The notes under the pieces: model-generated
Seen by the model: only the letters and a program-made list of their open reading frames with translations
Database searches by the model: none
Told to the model about the DNA's origin: nothing
Assembly: GCA_964386635.1 (NCBI GenBank)
Contig: CAYLRO010000004.1
Coordinates: 28,128-92,127, forward strand
DNA: 64,000 bases
Source of the DNA: an uncultured bacterium
GTDB lineage: Bacteria; Fermentibacterota; Fermentibacteria; Fermentibacterales; JCC-6
Reading direction: 5' to 3'
In this document: positions 29,869 through 39,198 of the stretch, piece by piece
Layout: the number at the start of each line of letters is the position of its first letter
Position numbering within the stretch: position 1 is the first letter of the stretch
Made by a program: the position numbers and the translations under genes

Positions 29869-31365
29869 ATGAAGTCAGAAGTAATTACCGAAGCATCCGG
29901 AACATGCCTTGAACAGGTTGAACAGGTTTTTCAGGGCAGTCGGTTCAAACTTGGCACCGAAGCTGAACAGGCCCTCAGAGACGGCAGGAAGAAGATTGAT
30001 CTTCTTCTGAAGTCAGGCAAACCGATTTACGGAGTGAATACCGGTTTCGGCAGGCTTGCAAGCACCATTGTACCTGAGAGTGAACTTGCTCTTCTTCAGA
30101 AGAATCTGCTGCTGAGCCATGCATGTGCTGCTGGAGAGCCTTTCTCTCCAGAGACAGTCAGGGTGATGATCTTTCTCAGAGTTGCTTCCCTTGCCCGTGG
30201 CCGAAGCGGAATTCGTCTGGAAACCGTTGACGCCCTGGTGAAACTGGGAAACAGCGGATACACTCCTGTTGTTCCCTGCAAGGGTTCTCTGGGAGCTTCC
30301 GGAGATCTGGCCCCGCTTGCACACATGTGCCTTCCAATCCTTGGCGAGGGTCAGTGCACAGATCCGGATGGAAAAGTCGTATCAGGTGCTGAAGCTCTTG
30401 AAAGGGCCGGGATAGCCAGAGTAGAGCTTCAGGCAAAGGAGGGGCTTGCCCTGATAAACGGGACACAGGTGATGACAGCTGTTGCCGCAACAGCTTTAAT
30501 CAAGGCACAGAGGCTTATGAAGGCAGCAGATGCTGCAGCGGCAATTACCCTTGAGGCTCTTCTTGGAACCGATGCCGCTCTTGATCCTGAGCTGGTGGGG
30601 CTGAGACCACATCCAGGAGCAATTGTTTCCGCTGCCAGAATAAGAGAGCATCTTGAAGGGTCAGAGATAGTGCACAGCCATCCTTCCTGCGGAAAAGTTC
30701 AGGATGCCTATTCACTCAGGTGTACACCTCAGGTACACGGAGCTTCCCGGGATGCTCTGACCTACATCGGTCAGGTACTTGAGCGAGAGCTGAAATCGGT
30801 TACCGACAACCCCCTTCTTATGGAAGATGGAAGAGCCGTCAGCGGCGGAAACTTCCACGGTCAGCCGGTAGCTCTTGCGGCAGACCACCTGAAGATAGCT
30901 GCAGCGGAGCTTGCAAACATCTCCGAACGCAGAACAGAAAGGCTGCTCAATCCTGATTTAAGCGGACTTCCTGCTTTTCTGGCACCATCACCCGGACTGA
31001 ACTCCGGTCTGATGATTGCTCAGTATACAGCTGCCTCCATGGTCAGTGAGAACAAAGTGCTTGCCCACCCTGCAAGTGTTGACAGCATTTCAGTCAGTGG
31101 TGCTCAGGAAGATCATGTGAGTATGGGAACCACAGCAGCAAGACAGGCTCTTGAAATAGTCTGGAACAGCTGCAGTGTTCTTGCTGTTGAACTGGCCTCG
31201 GCGGTTCAGGCTCACAGATTTCTTTCCAGGGGCAGAATGGGCACCGGTACCAGAAGAACATTTGATGCAGTATCGGAGGTATTTCCTCCTCTTGATAAAG
31301 ACAGACAATTCGCTGATGAACTGAAGGCTGTTTCCAGACTGATAATGGAAGGCGCAATAGGCTGA
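29869..31365 (+). CDS. hutH: Histidine ammonia-lyase
   Basis: IYGVNTGFG, LLLSHA (the SH specificity pair of HAL), MIO tripeptide GASGD, QDAYSLRC, GGNFHGQP, QEDHVSMG. Confidence 0.95.
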   Translation: MKSEVITEASGTCLEQVEQVFQGSRFKLGTEAEQALRDGRKKIDLLLKSGKPIYGVNTGFGRLASTIVPESELALLQKNLLLSHACAAGEPFSPETVRVMIFLRVASLARGRSGIRLETVDALVKLGNSGYTPVVPCKGSLGASGDLAPLAHMCLPILGEGQCTDPDGKVVSGAEALERAGIARVELQAKEGLALINGTQVMTAVAATALIKAQRLMKAADAAAAITLEALLGTDAALDPELVGLRPHPGAIVSAARIREHLEGSEIVHSHPSCGKVQDAYSLRCTPQVHGASRDALTYIGQVLERELKSVTDNPLLMEDGRAVSGGNFHGQPVALAADHLKIAAAELANISERRTERLLNPDLSGLPAFLAPSPGLNSGLMIAQYTAASMVSENKVLAHPASVDSISVSGAQEDHVSMGTTAARQALEIVWNSCSVLAVELASAVQAHRFLSRGRMGTGTRRTFDAVSEVFPPLDKDRQFADELKAVSRLIMEGAIG

Positions 31366-31412
31366 ACGTCGTTACCATATCCGGGTGCTTCTGGAACTGC
31401 GGCTGAGAACAC

Positions 31413-31440
31413 ACCGGGAGATGTTTCCCGGTCTGTTTGT
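31413..31440. terminator. Hairpin between convergent hutH and the FmdB-like gene
   Basis: ACCGGGA-GATGTT-TCCCGGT followed by CTGTTTGT. Confidence 0.4.
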
Positions 31441-31506
31441 CTGTGGTATGAATGCGCATGTGTTCGGAGGAATGCTTCTGTCAGGTGTCAATGTGGCAGA
31501 ACAAGG

Positions 31507-31917
31507 TCAGTAAAGACCTGAAGCCCTGGCCGGGGAAGAGGTTCCTGTTCCAGGGGCCTTTTCTTCCAGTCCCATTTCTTCAAGTTCCTGCTCTATCTTC
31601 TCCGGATCTTCTCCGGCTTCCAGCCGGTTGAGTGCATGCTCCAGCTCAGGTCCCAGATCCTCACCCATTTCATCCGCCATCTTTCTTACCGCCCTGGCCA
31701 TGGACCTGGGATCGTTCTCATCCACATCAGCCAGGTCTGATGCCAGATCGTCATCTGATGTTTTTTTCGGCGATGCAGTGGAAAAACTGCTCATTACCCT
31801 GCTGAGTTCTTTTCTTCCGCAGTCCGGGCACTCCAGATCCGATTCCTGCCGCTTGCCTCTCATGAGAAACTGGTAGATGGTGTTGCAGCCTTTGCAGTAG
31901 TATTCATAAATAGGCAT
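31507..31917 (-). CDS. FmdB family zinc-ribbon protein
   Basis: MPIYEYYCKGC...CPDCG...RVMSSF; C-terminal DENDPRSMARAVRKM..E.GEDLGPE. Confidence 0.88.
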   Translation of the reverse strand: MPIYEYYCKGCNTIYQFLMRGKRQESDLECPDCGRKELSRVMSSFSTASPKKTSDDDLASDLADVDENDPRSMARAVRKMADEMGEDLGPELEHALNRLEAGEDPEKIEQELEEMGLEEKAPGTGTSSPARASGLY

Positions 31918-32781
31918 CTAAACCTCCACATGAACAAAACGGCGGAAGACACCGTTTCCTGATTCTACCCCGGTAGCTCTGGAGACAACCGGGCACTTCA
32001 CAACAAATGAATGATAAACTCTTGGGTCATTCAGTCCAAAGAGGCCTTCAAGATTTCCCTGGCCTTTCGCCAGTATCAGATCTGCTTTGTTGTAAATGGT
32101 CAAAGCATTGCCCTGAAGCATTTCCGGAATAACTGAAGGAAGATCGGTACCGCTTGATATCAGCTTTGCTTCGTGGTGAAGGCCTGCCTCTATGGCATCA
32201 CTGATAAGAGCGTCGTTCATGACAGGGTTCTCCCGTGTCATGTAGTATCTCCTTCCGGAAAAACCACTGAGTTCCAGAAAAAGCCTGTCAAGCACTGTTT
32301 CTCCAGCATTGTCTCCGAGTATCAGGAGAGTATCAGCTTTATCAAGCTTTTCCAGAAAATTCTTTCGTTCATCGGAGGCAAGGGGTTTGGTGAACAATTT
32401 TACAAGATCACTGATCTCAGGCAGGGGTTTTCCCTGCCCGACATCAAGAAGGTTGCACCAGGCTCCTGCAGAGAGAGCCTCTGCCGCCGGATTATCAGAA
32501 GCCAGGAACCTGTTTTTCAGATCCTGGTAAACTGACAGCATTTTACCTGTAAAAAGGCTCTTTTCATCAGCGAACAGATCTGTACCATTCAGTGAATCAG
32601 TTCTTAGCAGTGCCCATGCTTCAGCTCCCGCTAAAGGGGGTGGAATTTCCCTTGACAGGTTGTCATAGATAAGTTCCAGATACCTGGAAAGGTGTTCACT
32701 GCCCAGAGAACCTCTCCGTGTGTAGTCGGTAAATCCATTTCTGAAGCACTGGTAGCACTCTTCTCCCGGTTTAAGTCCCAA
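31918..32781 (-). CDS. ARMT1-like / DUF89 damage-control phosphatase
   Basis: N-terminal CxxC; LGDNAGETVLD; NDA; ILAKGQGNLEGL; VKCPVV. Confidence 0.88.
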   Translation of the reverse strand: MGLKPGEECYQCFRNGFTDYTRRGSLGSEHLSRYLELIYDNLSREIPPPLAGAEAWALLRTDSLNGTDLFADEKSLFTGKMLSVYQDLKNRFLASDNPAAEALSAGAWCNLLDVGQGKPLPEISDLVKLFTKPLASDERKNFLEKLDKADTLLILGDNAGETVLDRLFLELSGFSGRRYYMTRENPVMNDALISDAIEAGLHHEAKLISSGTDLPSVIPEMLQGNALTIYNKADLILAKGQGNLEGLFGLNDPRVYHSFVVKCPVVSRATGVESGNGVFRRFVHVEV

Positions 32782-33361
32782 GGCCGGATTCCTTCAGAAA
32801 AAGACGGTGGACCCTGGTGTCTTCTGTCAACTCCGGATGGAAGCTGCTGAGCCAGATATTTCTGTACCTGAGAAAGACAGGTCCCTCTTTTACTGAGGAA
32901 AGAATTTCAACCTCAGGGTCCAGAGGAGTGAGCAGAGGTGCTCTTATGAACACTCCCGGATATGGATCCTCCAGGCCCTCTATTGTGAGTTCTTCCTGGA
33001 AACTTGACACCTGTCTGCCGAAGCTGTTTCTTTCAGCATTCACAGGAGCAAGCCCGAGGCTCTGCTGATCTACTGCATGCTCTCTTTCAGTTATTCTGCT
33101 TGACAGGAGGATGGATCCGGCACAGGTACCCCAGACAGGCAGGCCTTCTGCTGCTTTTTCCCTGATAGGGTCCAGGAGGTTCCATCTTTGCAGAAGACGG
33201 ATCAGAGCAGTTGACTCACCGCCGGGAATCACAAGGGCGTTTATTGCTGAAAGGTCTACAGGCAACCTTATCTGCTTCGTGCGGCAGCCTGACTTCTGAA
33301 GCATGGTAACATGTTCTATTACCCCGCCCTGAAGGGCAAGCACTCCGATGACAGGTTTCAT
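32771..33361 (-). CDS. pdxT: PLP synthase glutaminase subunit
   Basis: IGVLALQG, IPGGEST, GTCAG, RNSFGRQ, FIRAP, SFHPEL. Confidence 0.97.
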   Translation of the reverse strand: MKPVIGVLALQGGVIEHVTMLQKSGCRTKQIRLPVDLSAINALVIPGGESTALIRLLQRWNLLDPIREKAAEGLPVWGTCAGSILLSSRITEREHAVDQQSLGLAPVNAERNSFGRQVSSFQEELTIEGLEDPYPGVFIRAPLLTPLDPEVEILSSVKEGPVFLRYRNIWLSSFHPELTEDTRVHRLFLKESGLGT

Positions 33362-34254
33362 TACCAGCCTCTGTCAGCCATTCTCTGGTCTTCAGGGATC
33401 GTGGAAATGTTGATGCCTACCATGGCTTCACCCAGGCCGGTACTGACTCTGGCAATAACTTCAGGCTTATCAAACTGGCTCACTGCTTCAACTATGGCCT
33501 TTGCCCTGAGAGCAGGGTTACCGCTTTTGAAGATGCCGCTGCCTACAAAGACACCGTCAACACCAAGCTGCATCATGAGAGCAGCATCTGCAGGTGTTGC
33601 AACACCGCCGGCAGCGAAGTTGACAACAGGCAGGCTGCCGTTCTCGTGGACATACTTTACAAGCTCATATGGAGCACCCATTATCTTGGCAACCGACATA
33701 AGTTCCTCGAATGGAGTCACCTGAAGCTTTCTGATCTCTCCAAGAACGGATCTCGCGTGGCGGACGGCTTCCACCACATTGCCGGTTCCCGCTTCACCTT
33801 TTGTGCGGATCATGGCAGCGCCTTCTGCGATTCTTCTCAGGGCTTCAGCCAGAACTGTTGCTCCGCAGACAAAGGGAACCTTGAAATCCCACTTGTTTAC
33901 ATGATGAGCTTCATCTGCAGGTGTAAGCACCTCCGACTCGTCAATGAAATCGATTTCCAGAGCCTGAAGAACCTGTGCTTCAACAAAATGACCGATTCTG
34001 CATTTAGCCATTACCGGTATTGTCACTGCTTCTTGAATCCCCCGAATCATGTCGGGATCAGACATTCTGGCCACTCCGCCCTGAGCCCGTATATCAGCAG
34101 GGACTCTTTCAAGGGCCATTACTGCAACAGCACCGGCTTCTTCGGCAATTGCTGCCTGCTCTGCATTAACAACATCCATTATGACTCCGCCCTTAAGCAT
34201 ACGGGCGTGGCCTGTTTTCACATTCCAGGTACCATCATCGCGAATAAAGCTCAT
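33361..34254 (-). CDS. pdxS: PLP synthase lyase subunit
   Basis: [50 protein letters not shown]; start moved to ATG 34254 after GAGG. Confidence 0.98.
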   Translation of the reverse strand: MSFIRDDGTWNVKTGHARMLKGGVIMDVVNAEQAAIAEEAGAVAVMALERVPADIRAQGGVARMSDPDMIRGIQEAVTIPVMAKCRIGHFVEAQVLQALEIDFIDESEVLTPADEAHHVNKWDFKVPFVCGATVLAEALRRIAEGAAMIRTKGEAGTGNVVEAVRHARSVLGEIRKLQVTPFEELMSVAKIMGAPYELVKYVHENGSLPVVNFAAGGVATPADAALMMQLGVDGVFVGSGIFKSGNPALRAKAIVEAVSQFDKPEVIARVSTGLGEAMVGINISTIPEDQRMADRGW

Positions 34255-34258
34255 TGTT

Positions 34259-34669
34259 TTACCTCGTGGATTGAACGGAATTAAGGAATTCCTCGCCACT
34301 GGTCTCCCAGCGGGTGAAGGAAGCTGTAAGAAATTCTGCCAGGTCTTCCGCATCAGGTTCACGGAAAGCTTCCCGACAGCTGAATATGCAGTCTGCTGAT
34401 GCTTTCATGTACATTTGCCAGTAGAGGTCTACTTCTTCCGGCAGATTGTCTCTCCCGCAGTTCAGGGCTGAAGATAGTGCCGCCTCTGCCCGAAGAATTG
34501 CCATCTGTGCTGAAAGAAGCCCCCTGCCGGTGTCCGAACCCCTGAGGCATGTCCAGGCATCCATGAGGCCTGCTATCTCCCTGTCAAGGGAACAGAAGCT
34601 CTCAGTAGTAACCGGAGTGGCAACTGCTTTCATACAAATCACCAGAAGAAAAATCGTTTGCATTTTCAT
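34259..34669 (-). CDS. Hypothetical secreted helical protein, first gene of the pdxS operon
   Basis: Open frame ending 5 nt before pdxS; signal-like [17 protein letters not shown]; fills an otherwise empty gap. Confidence 0.6.
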   Translation of the reverse strand: MKMQTIFLLVICMKAVATPVTTESFCSLDREIAGLMDAWTCLRGSDTGRGLLSAQMAILRAEAALSSALNCGRDNLPEEVDLYWQMYMKASADCIFSCREAFREPDAEDLAEFLTASFTRWETSGEEFLNSVQSTR

Positions 34670-34707
34670 CCGGTGAATATACAACAGCAGAGCTGTATCC
34701 CAAACCG

Positions 34708-34736
34708 TTTACACTTTGTCCCGGTATTAGTATTAT
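34708..34736 (+). promoter_or_regulatory. sigma70-type promoter
   Basis: TTTACA-N17-TATTAT. It overlaps the ORF-track ATG at 34735, which supports a later start. Confidence 0.55.
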
Positions 34737-34776
34737 GTACATTGCAAAACCAGACTTGAGCAATCCCGGAGGTTTC

Positions 34777-35154
34777 TTGAAAAAACAATTCCTTATTCTG
34801 TTCCTTCTGTCATCTCTGGCTCTATGCGGGATAGTGGAGGATTGCAATTTTCGTGGAATACCAGTGCATTCCGCTGTTCTTTCAGAAGGTATTCTCACTG
34901 TGGGGATGGATGGAAGCCTGGCAATGGGAGATTCCCTTCTTAAGCACTACGGTGGCGTTTTTTTCATTCTGGCTGACAGTATAGGGGCAGGATGGCCTGT
35001 AGTAGGGCTTCAGGTTGATATACCGGGAGCATCACTAATTCTCTTCCAGGAGGATGTATTCAACGCAGTGGAGAGAATGCAGCAGGGCCTTGATGAATCA
35101 GTTCTTGCAGGATGGATACTTGAGCACACCTGGGTTGATCGAAACGATCTATAG
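34777..35154 (+). CDS. Hypothetical secreted protein
   Basis: TTG after GGAGG gives the signal MKKQFLILFLLSSLALCG; no family recognised. Confidence 0.6.
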   Translation: MKKQFLILFLLSSLALCGIVEDCNFRGIPVHSAVLSEGILTVGMDGSLAMGDSLLKHYGGVFFILADSIGAGWPVVGLQVDIPGASLILFQEDVFNAVERMQQGLDESVLAGWILEHTWVDRNDL

Positions 35155-36588
35155 ACCACCCTTGCCGAAAAGAACAACCGGGATAGTTTTCATGATCAGT
35201 CTGAAGTCAAGAGATCCTGACGCATCCAGTATGTAGAGGAAATCAAGGAACTGAGCTTTGTCAAACGGCAGCCTGCTTCTTCCATAGACCTGCCAGATAC
35301 CTGTCAGGCCCGGCTTTACCAGGAATCGTCTTCTCTGCCAGCCGTGGTAATGTTCCAGTTCATATGGAATACATGGTCTGGGACCCACAATGGTCATCTC
35401 ACCACGGAGAACATTGATCAGCTGTGGGAGTTCATCAATTGATGTTTTCCTGATGATTCTTCCAACTGCGGTTATCCGTGCCGGCTGTTTCAGCTTGAAA
35501 GTGTCGTTGTCTTCTTCAGCACTCCGTCCCTGGGCATAGTCACTGAAATACTTCCGGTGAGCCTCTGCATTGCTCTCTCCAACCTTCATTGATCTGAATT
35601 TCAGGAACTGGAAGGTTTTCTGATTTTTTCCAACCCTTTCCTGTTTGAAGAGGACAGGTCCCTTGCTGGACAGCATTACAGCCAGTGCAACAACAAGAAG
35701 AAGCGGTGAGAGAACAACAATTCCCAGAACAGCCAGAAAAACATCAGTTATCCTGTCCAGCTTGATAAATGATTGTTTCCCCCCACTCATTATGAATGCA
35801 ATGGCACCGTAGTCATGCAGGCTGAACCATGGGTCAAAGTAGCCCAGGCTGAATAACTCCGGCCCGTATATCACTATGGGGATTCCGGAATCGTTGAGAA
35901 TCTTGCAGGTTGATGCGATACAGTCCATGGAGTGCCTGCTGTCGAACAGAACAACCGCCCCGCTGCAGGTTTCCTTTTCTACCCTTGACTTGACAGCTGA
36001 TGCTATCTCCGCGGCTGTTTCAGGAAGAACTTCAGGTGAAGGAAGGATTCTTTCTCCGGTTGAATACACTCTGGATTTTCTTAGAAGCTCTGTTACCCTC
36101 TGGTTCCTGTCAGGATTACCGACGACGAGCAGATTGGACCTGTTGATCCGTTTCCCGCTGTACAGGAGACTGAAGAGGCCGGGCAGAAGAAGCAGACGGG
36201 TGAGAAGAGAATAGAACAGAAATGCAAACATGTTAAGAACAATGACGAACCGGCTGTTTATGAAGATGTTTCTTGTTTCCTTGGAAAGGAACACAAGAAG
36301 TATGAAAGCACCGGTAACGATCAGCACCATCCTCATTGTTCTGTAAAGAAGCATGGGCCGGTTCAGTGTTGTCCTGAGAGAATAGAGGTTTTCAACCACT
36401 GAAGTCATGTAGTATCCCAGGAAGAAGAACAGCGCGGTGCCCAGATATTCGGAGACTGGAAATCCTTTGAGATCACCGAATCTGATTAATACCGCAGTAA
36501 GAAGTGCAGCAGTTACAATCACTGCATCAGCGATTACACCTGCTGCATAGTACTTATTGTTGAGAGACAGTGATCTTTTCGTGAACAA
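35149..36588 (-). CDS. Polyprenyl-phosphate glycosylphosphotransferase (WcaJ/WbaP-type sugar transferase)
   Basis: N-terminal TMs; GPVLFKQERVG, KFRSM, RITAVGRIIRKTSIDELPQLINVLRGEMTIVGPRP, KPGLTGIWQV. Confidence 0.92.
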   Translation of the reverse strand: MFTKRSLSLNNKYYAAGVIADAVIVTAALLTAVLIRFGDLKGFPVSEYLGTALFFFLGYYMTSVVENLYSLRTTLNRPMLLYRTMRMVLIVTGAFILLVFLSKETRNIFINSRFVIVLNMFAFLFYSLLTRLLLLPGLFSLLYSGKRINRSNLLVVGNPDRNQRVTELLRKSRVYSTGERILPSPEVLPETAAEIASAVKSRVEKETCSGAVVLFDSRHSMDCIASTCKILNDSGIPIVIYGPELFSLGYFDPWFSLHDYGAIAFIMSGGKQSFIKLDRITDVFLAVLGIVVLSPLLLVVALAVMLSSKGPVLFKQERVGKNQKTFQFLKFRSMKVGESNAEAHRKYFSDYAQGRSAEEDNDTFKLKQPARITAVGRIIRKTSIDELPQLINVLRGEMTIVGPRPCIPYELEHYHGWQRRRFLVKPGLTGIWQVYGRSRLPFDKAQFLDFLYILDASGSLDFRLIMKTIPVVLFGKGGL

Positions 36589-36589
36589 A

Positions 36590-37738
36590 TCAGTTCCTTT
36601 CGAAAAACTCTCTTATTGCTGAAGCAACTTCCATCTGCTGTTCCGCTTTGAGTTCAGGGAACATGGGCAGTGTAAGATTTTCATAAGCGTTTTTCTCACA
36701 AACAGGGAAGTCTCCCTTTTTGTATCCCAGGTATTCGTATGCCCTCTGTGTATGAAGAGGCTCCGGATAGTGAAGACCCGCTCCTATTTTTCTGTCAGCC
36801 AGGAACTGCCTGAGTTCATCACGACGAGGGGTGTGAAGGGCGTAAAGGTGGAACACGTGCCTTGTATCTTCAGCAGTAACAGGCAGAGTAAGAGGAAGAT
36901 CACCAAGAAGCTCGTTATACCTGGCAGCAGCTTCTATTCTCTGGCTGTTCCACTGATGGATGTACTTTGTCTTCACCCCGAGAACAGCTCCCTGGAAAGC
37001 ACTCATTCTGTAGTTATGGCCGATGTAGTCGTAGTAGTACTTTTCGCTTGAGCCATGATCCCTCAGGCTTAGCATTCTTGCTGCAATAGTATCATCATTT
37101 GTTGTGACTGCACCGCCTTCACCGTATGCTCCCATGTTCTTCCCGGGGTAGAAGCTGAAACTTGCAGCATTTCCGAAACTGCCTGTTCCTCTGCCGAATC
37201 TTGAGCCGTCATGGGATTGCGCGGCGTCTTCAAAGAGGAAAAGGCCGTATTTGTCAGCAATCTTCTGAAGTGCTTTGTAATCAGCAGCCTGTCCGTAAAG
37301 GTCAACTCCTACTATTCCTTTGATCTGTGTGCCTGTTTTCGGGTCCACAGGTTTGCCGGTTCCTGAGCATGACTTCAGGAATTCCTCTGTTTTCTCCGGA
37401 GAGAGGTTCCATGTGACAGGTTCAGCATCTACGAATACAGGGACATGACCTGCAAAGACAATACCCTCCGCGGTTGCTGTAAAGGTATTTGGAGGTACTA
37501 TAAGACCGCTTCCGGAAGGCAGATCTGCTGCCCATATCATTCCATGTACCGCAGCGGTACCGCTTGAGAGTGCAATGCAGTGTTTTGTGCCGCAGATAGC
37601 TGCAAATTTCTCTTCAAAGTTCTTTACTTTCGGGCCGAGAACATAGTAACAGGTTTCCATTACATCTTCGATCTCAGGTTTGACTTCATCCTTTATCTGC
37701 CTGTACTGTGCTTTCAGATCTAAAAACGGAACTGCCAT
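36590..37738 (-). CDS. DegT/DnrJ/EryC1/StrS family PLP sugar aminotransferase
   Basis: VPFLDLKAQY, SSGTAA, EDAAQSH, SFYPGKNMGAYGEGG, NYRMS, HVFHLY. Confidence 0.93.
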   Translation of the reverse strand: MAVPFLDLKAQYRQIKDEVKPEIEDVMETCYYVLGPKVKNFEEKFAAICGTKHCIALSSGTAAVHGMIWAADLPSGSGLIVPPNTFTATAEGIVFAGHVPVFVDAEPVTWNLSPEKTEEFLKSCSGTGKPVDPKTGTQIKGIVGVDLYGQAADYKALQKIADKYGLFLFEDAAQSHDGSRFGRGTGSFGNAASFSFYPGKNMGAYGEGGAVTTNDDTIAARMLSLRDHGSSEKYYYDYIGHNYRMSAFQGAVLGVKTKYIHQWNSQRIEAAARYNELLGDLPLTLPVTAEDTRHVFHLYALHTPRRDELRQFLADRKIGAGLHYPEPLHTQRAYEYLGYKKGDFPVCEKNAYENLTLPMFPELKAEQQMEVASAIREFFERN

Positions 37739-37750
37739 TTATGCTGCCTT

Positions 37751-38653
37751 TCAGTCCTTCAGAAGGATCCAGTTGCTGTATCCGCCAACTTTTCTGCCTA
37801 TGATCCTTTCAAAGGCGGAAAGAAGACGGATGGATATTCTCAGATGCTTGTGATCAGGGGGATTTTCACTGTCCCTGAAATCATCAGCATTCCAGTCTTT
37901 TTTCTCTATTCTTTCCCGCATTACCTCCGGATGTGTTCCGGAGAACAGAGGAATGTTTTCCAATGGACCGTAATCCCAGGGCCTTGATGGCTGGGGATGC
38001 CTTTTCTCTACCCATTCCCTGGGCCGGTGTAGTGAGTCCAGAGCAATGGTCTTTCTTCTCATGACAGACGGGTGTCTTACCCATCCGTAGTGATAGATCC
38101 ATGCCCCTGAATCAATTACCCTGAGCTTTGTGTCCGGTTTTTTCCGGAAGCTCTGTGCGCTTTTTATTGATCTGATACCGGATTTGTTTCTTATTACCCT
38201 TATCTCTCTGTCGTACCAGTTGTGCCCTCGGTGCACCCTGCTGTAATCTCCCCAGAAGTGGTTGTATCTGAAGAGAAGACCGTCTACATCGGTTCGGTCA
38301 CCGGCTTTTTCCAGCGCTTTCAATACAGCGGGATGATCATCCTGGTGAACCACTTCATCAGCCTGAAGGTAGAAACACCATTTTCCCGAACATGCATCCA
38401 GGGCAATATTGGTCTGGTCAGCGTTTGTGGCACCTCTGACAAATCTGTCTGGATTCCATTTCGTATGTATTATCTCGATTTTGGGGCTGCCGATGGATTC
38501 AATCACATCCTGCGTGTTGTCTGTACAGTCTCCCAGGTTTACCACAAACTGGTCTACCACAGGTAGAATGGATAGAATGGATTCCTTTATTGGATAATCC
38601 AGTTTTACTGCATCTCTAACAAATGTGAAGCCGGAAATTCCGGTGTTGTTCAT
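37751..38653 (-). CDS. Glycosyltransferase family 2
   Basis: ISGFTFVRDA, WCFYLQADEVV, YHYGWVR; start moved to ATG 38653 after AAGGAG. Confidence 0.85.
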   Translation of the reverse strand: MNNTGISGFTFVRDAVKLDYPIKESILSILPVVDQFVVNLGDCTDNTQDVIESIGSPKIEIIHTKWNPDRFVRGATNADQTNIALDACSGKWCFYLQADEVVHQDDHPAVLKALEKAGDRTDVDGLLFRYNHFWGDYSRVHRGHNWYDREIRVIRNKSGIRSIKSAQSFRKKPDTKLRVIDSGAWIYHYGWVRHPSVMRRKTIALDSLHRPREWVEKRHPQPSRPWDYGPLENIPLFSGTHPEVMRERIEKKDWNADDFRDSENPPDHKHLRISIRLLSAFERIIGRKVGGYSNWILLKD

Positions 38654-38705
38654 GGGGAACTCCTTGTATTCATTTATTCTAAAATACATTCAGCTGGAGG
38701 ATTTT

Positions 38706-39119
38706 TCAAATAGAGATAAGAACACCGCCTGCCACTGCAAGAAAAATTCCTATGAGATTTGATGTTGAAGGCTCTTCTCTGAGAACGAAAATTCCAAAAA
38801 TAACTGCAAAAACAGGGTACAGGGCTGTCAGAGCCGTTGATGTACTCACCGGGCCGCAGGACACTGCCTTCTGAAAAAAAATCAGTGCCAGCCCTCCGAG
38901 AATACCTGCAGCTCCCGCGAGAAGAAGTCCAGACAGATTTGCAGTTTTCAGGTTCTGGCCCATGGAACTGAACAGAATTGCAACTGTTACAAGTGAAAAG
39001 AGTGAATACACAAGTGCTGACTGCCAGTGACCTATTCTGGATGTGGAAAGTTTCACGAGAATTGCCCAGAGCCCCCAGAGTACTGTTGCTCCCAGACTGA
39101 ACATGATATGTTTCTGCAT
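38706..39119 (-). CDS. Single-domain EamA/DMT family transporter
   Basis: Five TMs, WGLWAILVK, GPVS...ALTALYPVFAV.FG...LRE; start ATG 39119 after GGAG. Confidence 0.85.
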   Translation of the reverse strand: MQKHIMFSLGATVLWGLWAILVKLSTSRIGHWQSALVYSLFSLVTVAILFSSMGQNLKTANLSGLLLAGAAGILGGLALIFFQKAVSCGPVSTSTALTALYPVFAVIFGIFVLREEPSTSNLIGIFLAVAGGVLISI

Positions 39120-39198
39120 GTATGCCACTCCAATCAGTACTTAAGATTAAGTAATATAGTTTCCCCGCGCAGAAACAGAATATGAAGAAGGACAAAAC

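Noticed and set aside
29869-31365. Phe/Tyr ammonia-lyase or aminomutase of a secondary-metabolite cluster
   Set aside because: The LLLSHA specificity motif and ftcD in the same window indicate histidine catabolism; no biosynthetic genes are nearby.
31366-31506. Small ORF or selenocysteine read-through after the FmdB-like gene
   Set aside because: The C-terminus ends at a typical GLY* position; no credible SD, ORF or SECIS-like hairpin follows the TGA.
33361-34362. N-terminal extensions in the ORF track (pdxS, ftcD, alr, thyX, pyrC, groES, mscS)
   Set aside because: They overlap neighbouring genes or promoters; downstream starts match the family N-termini and have an SD or a leaderless promoter.
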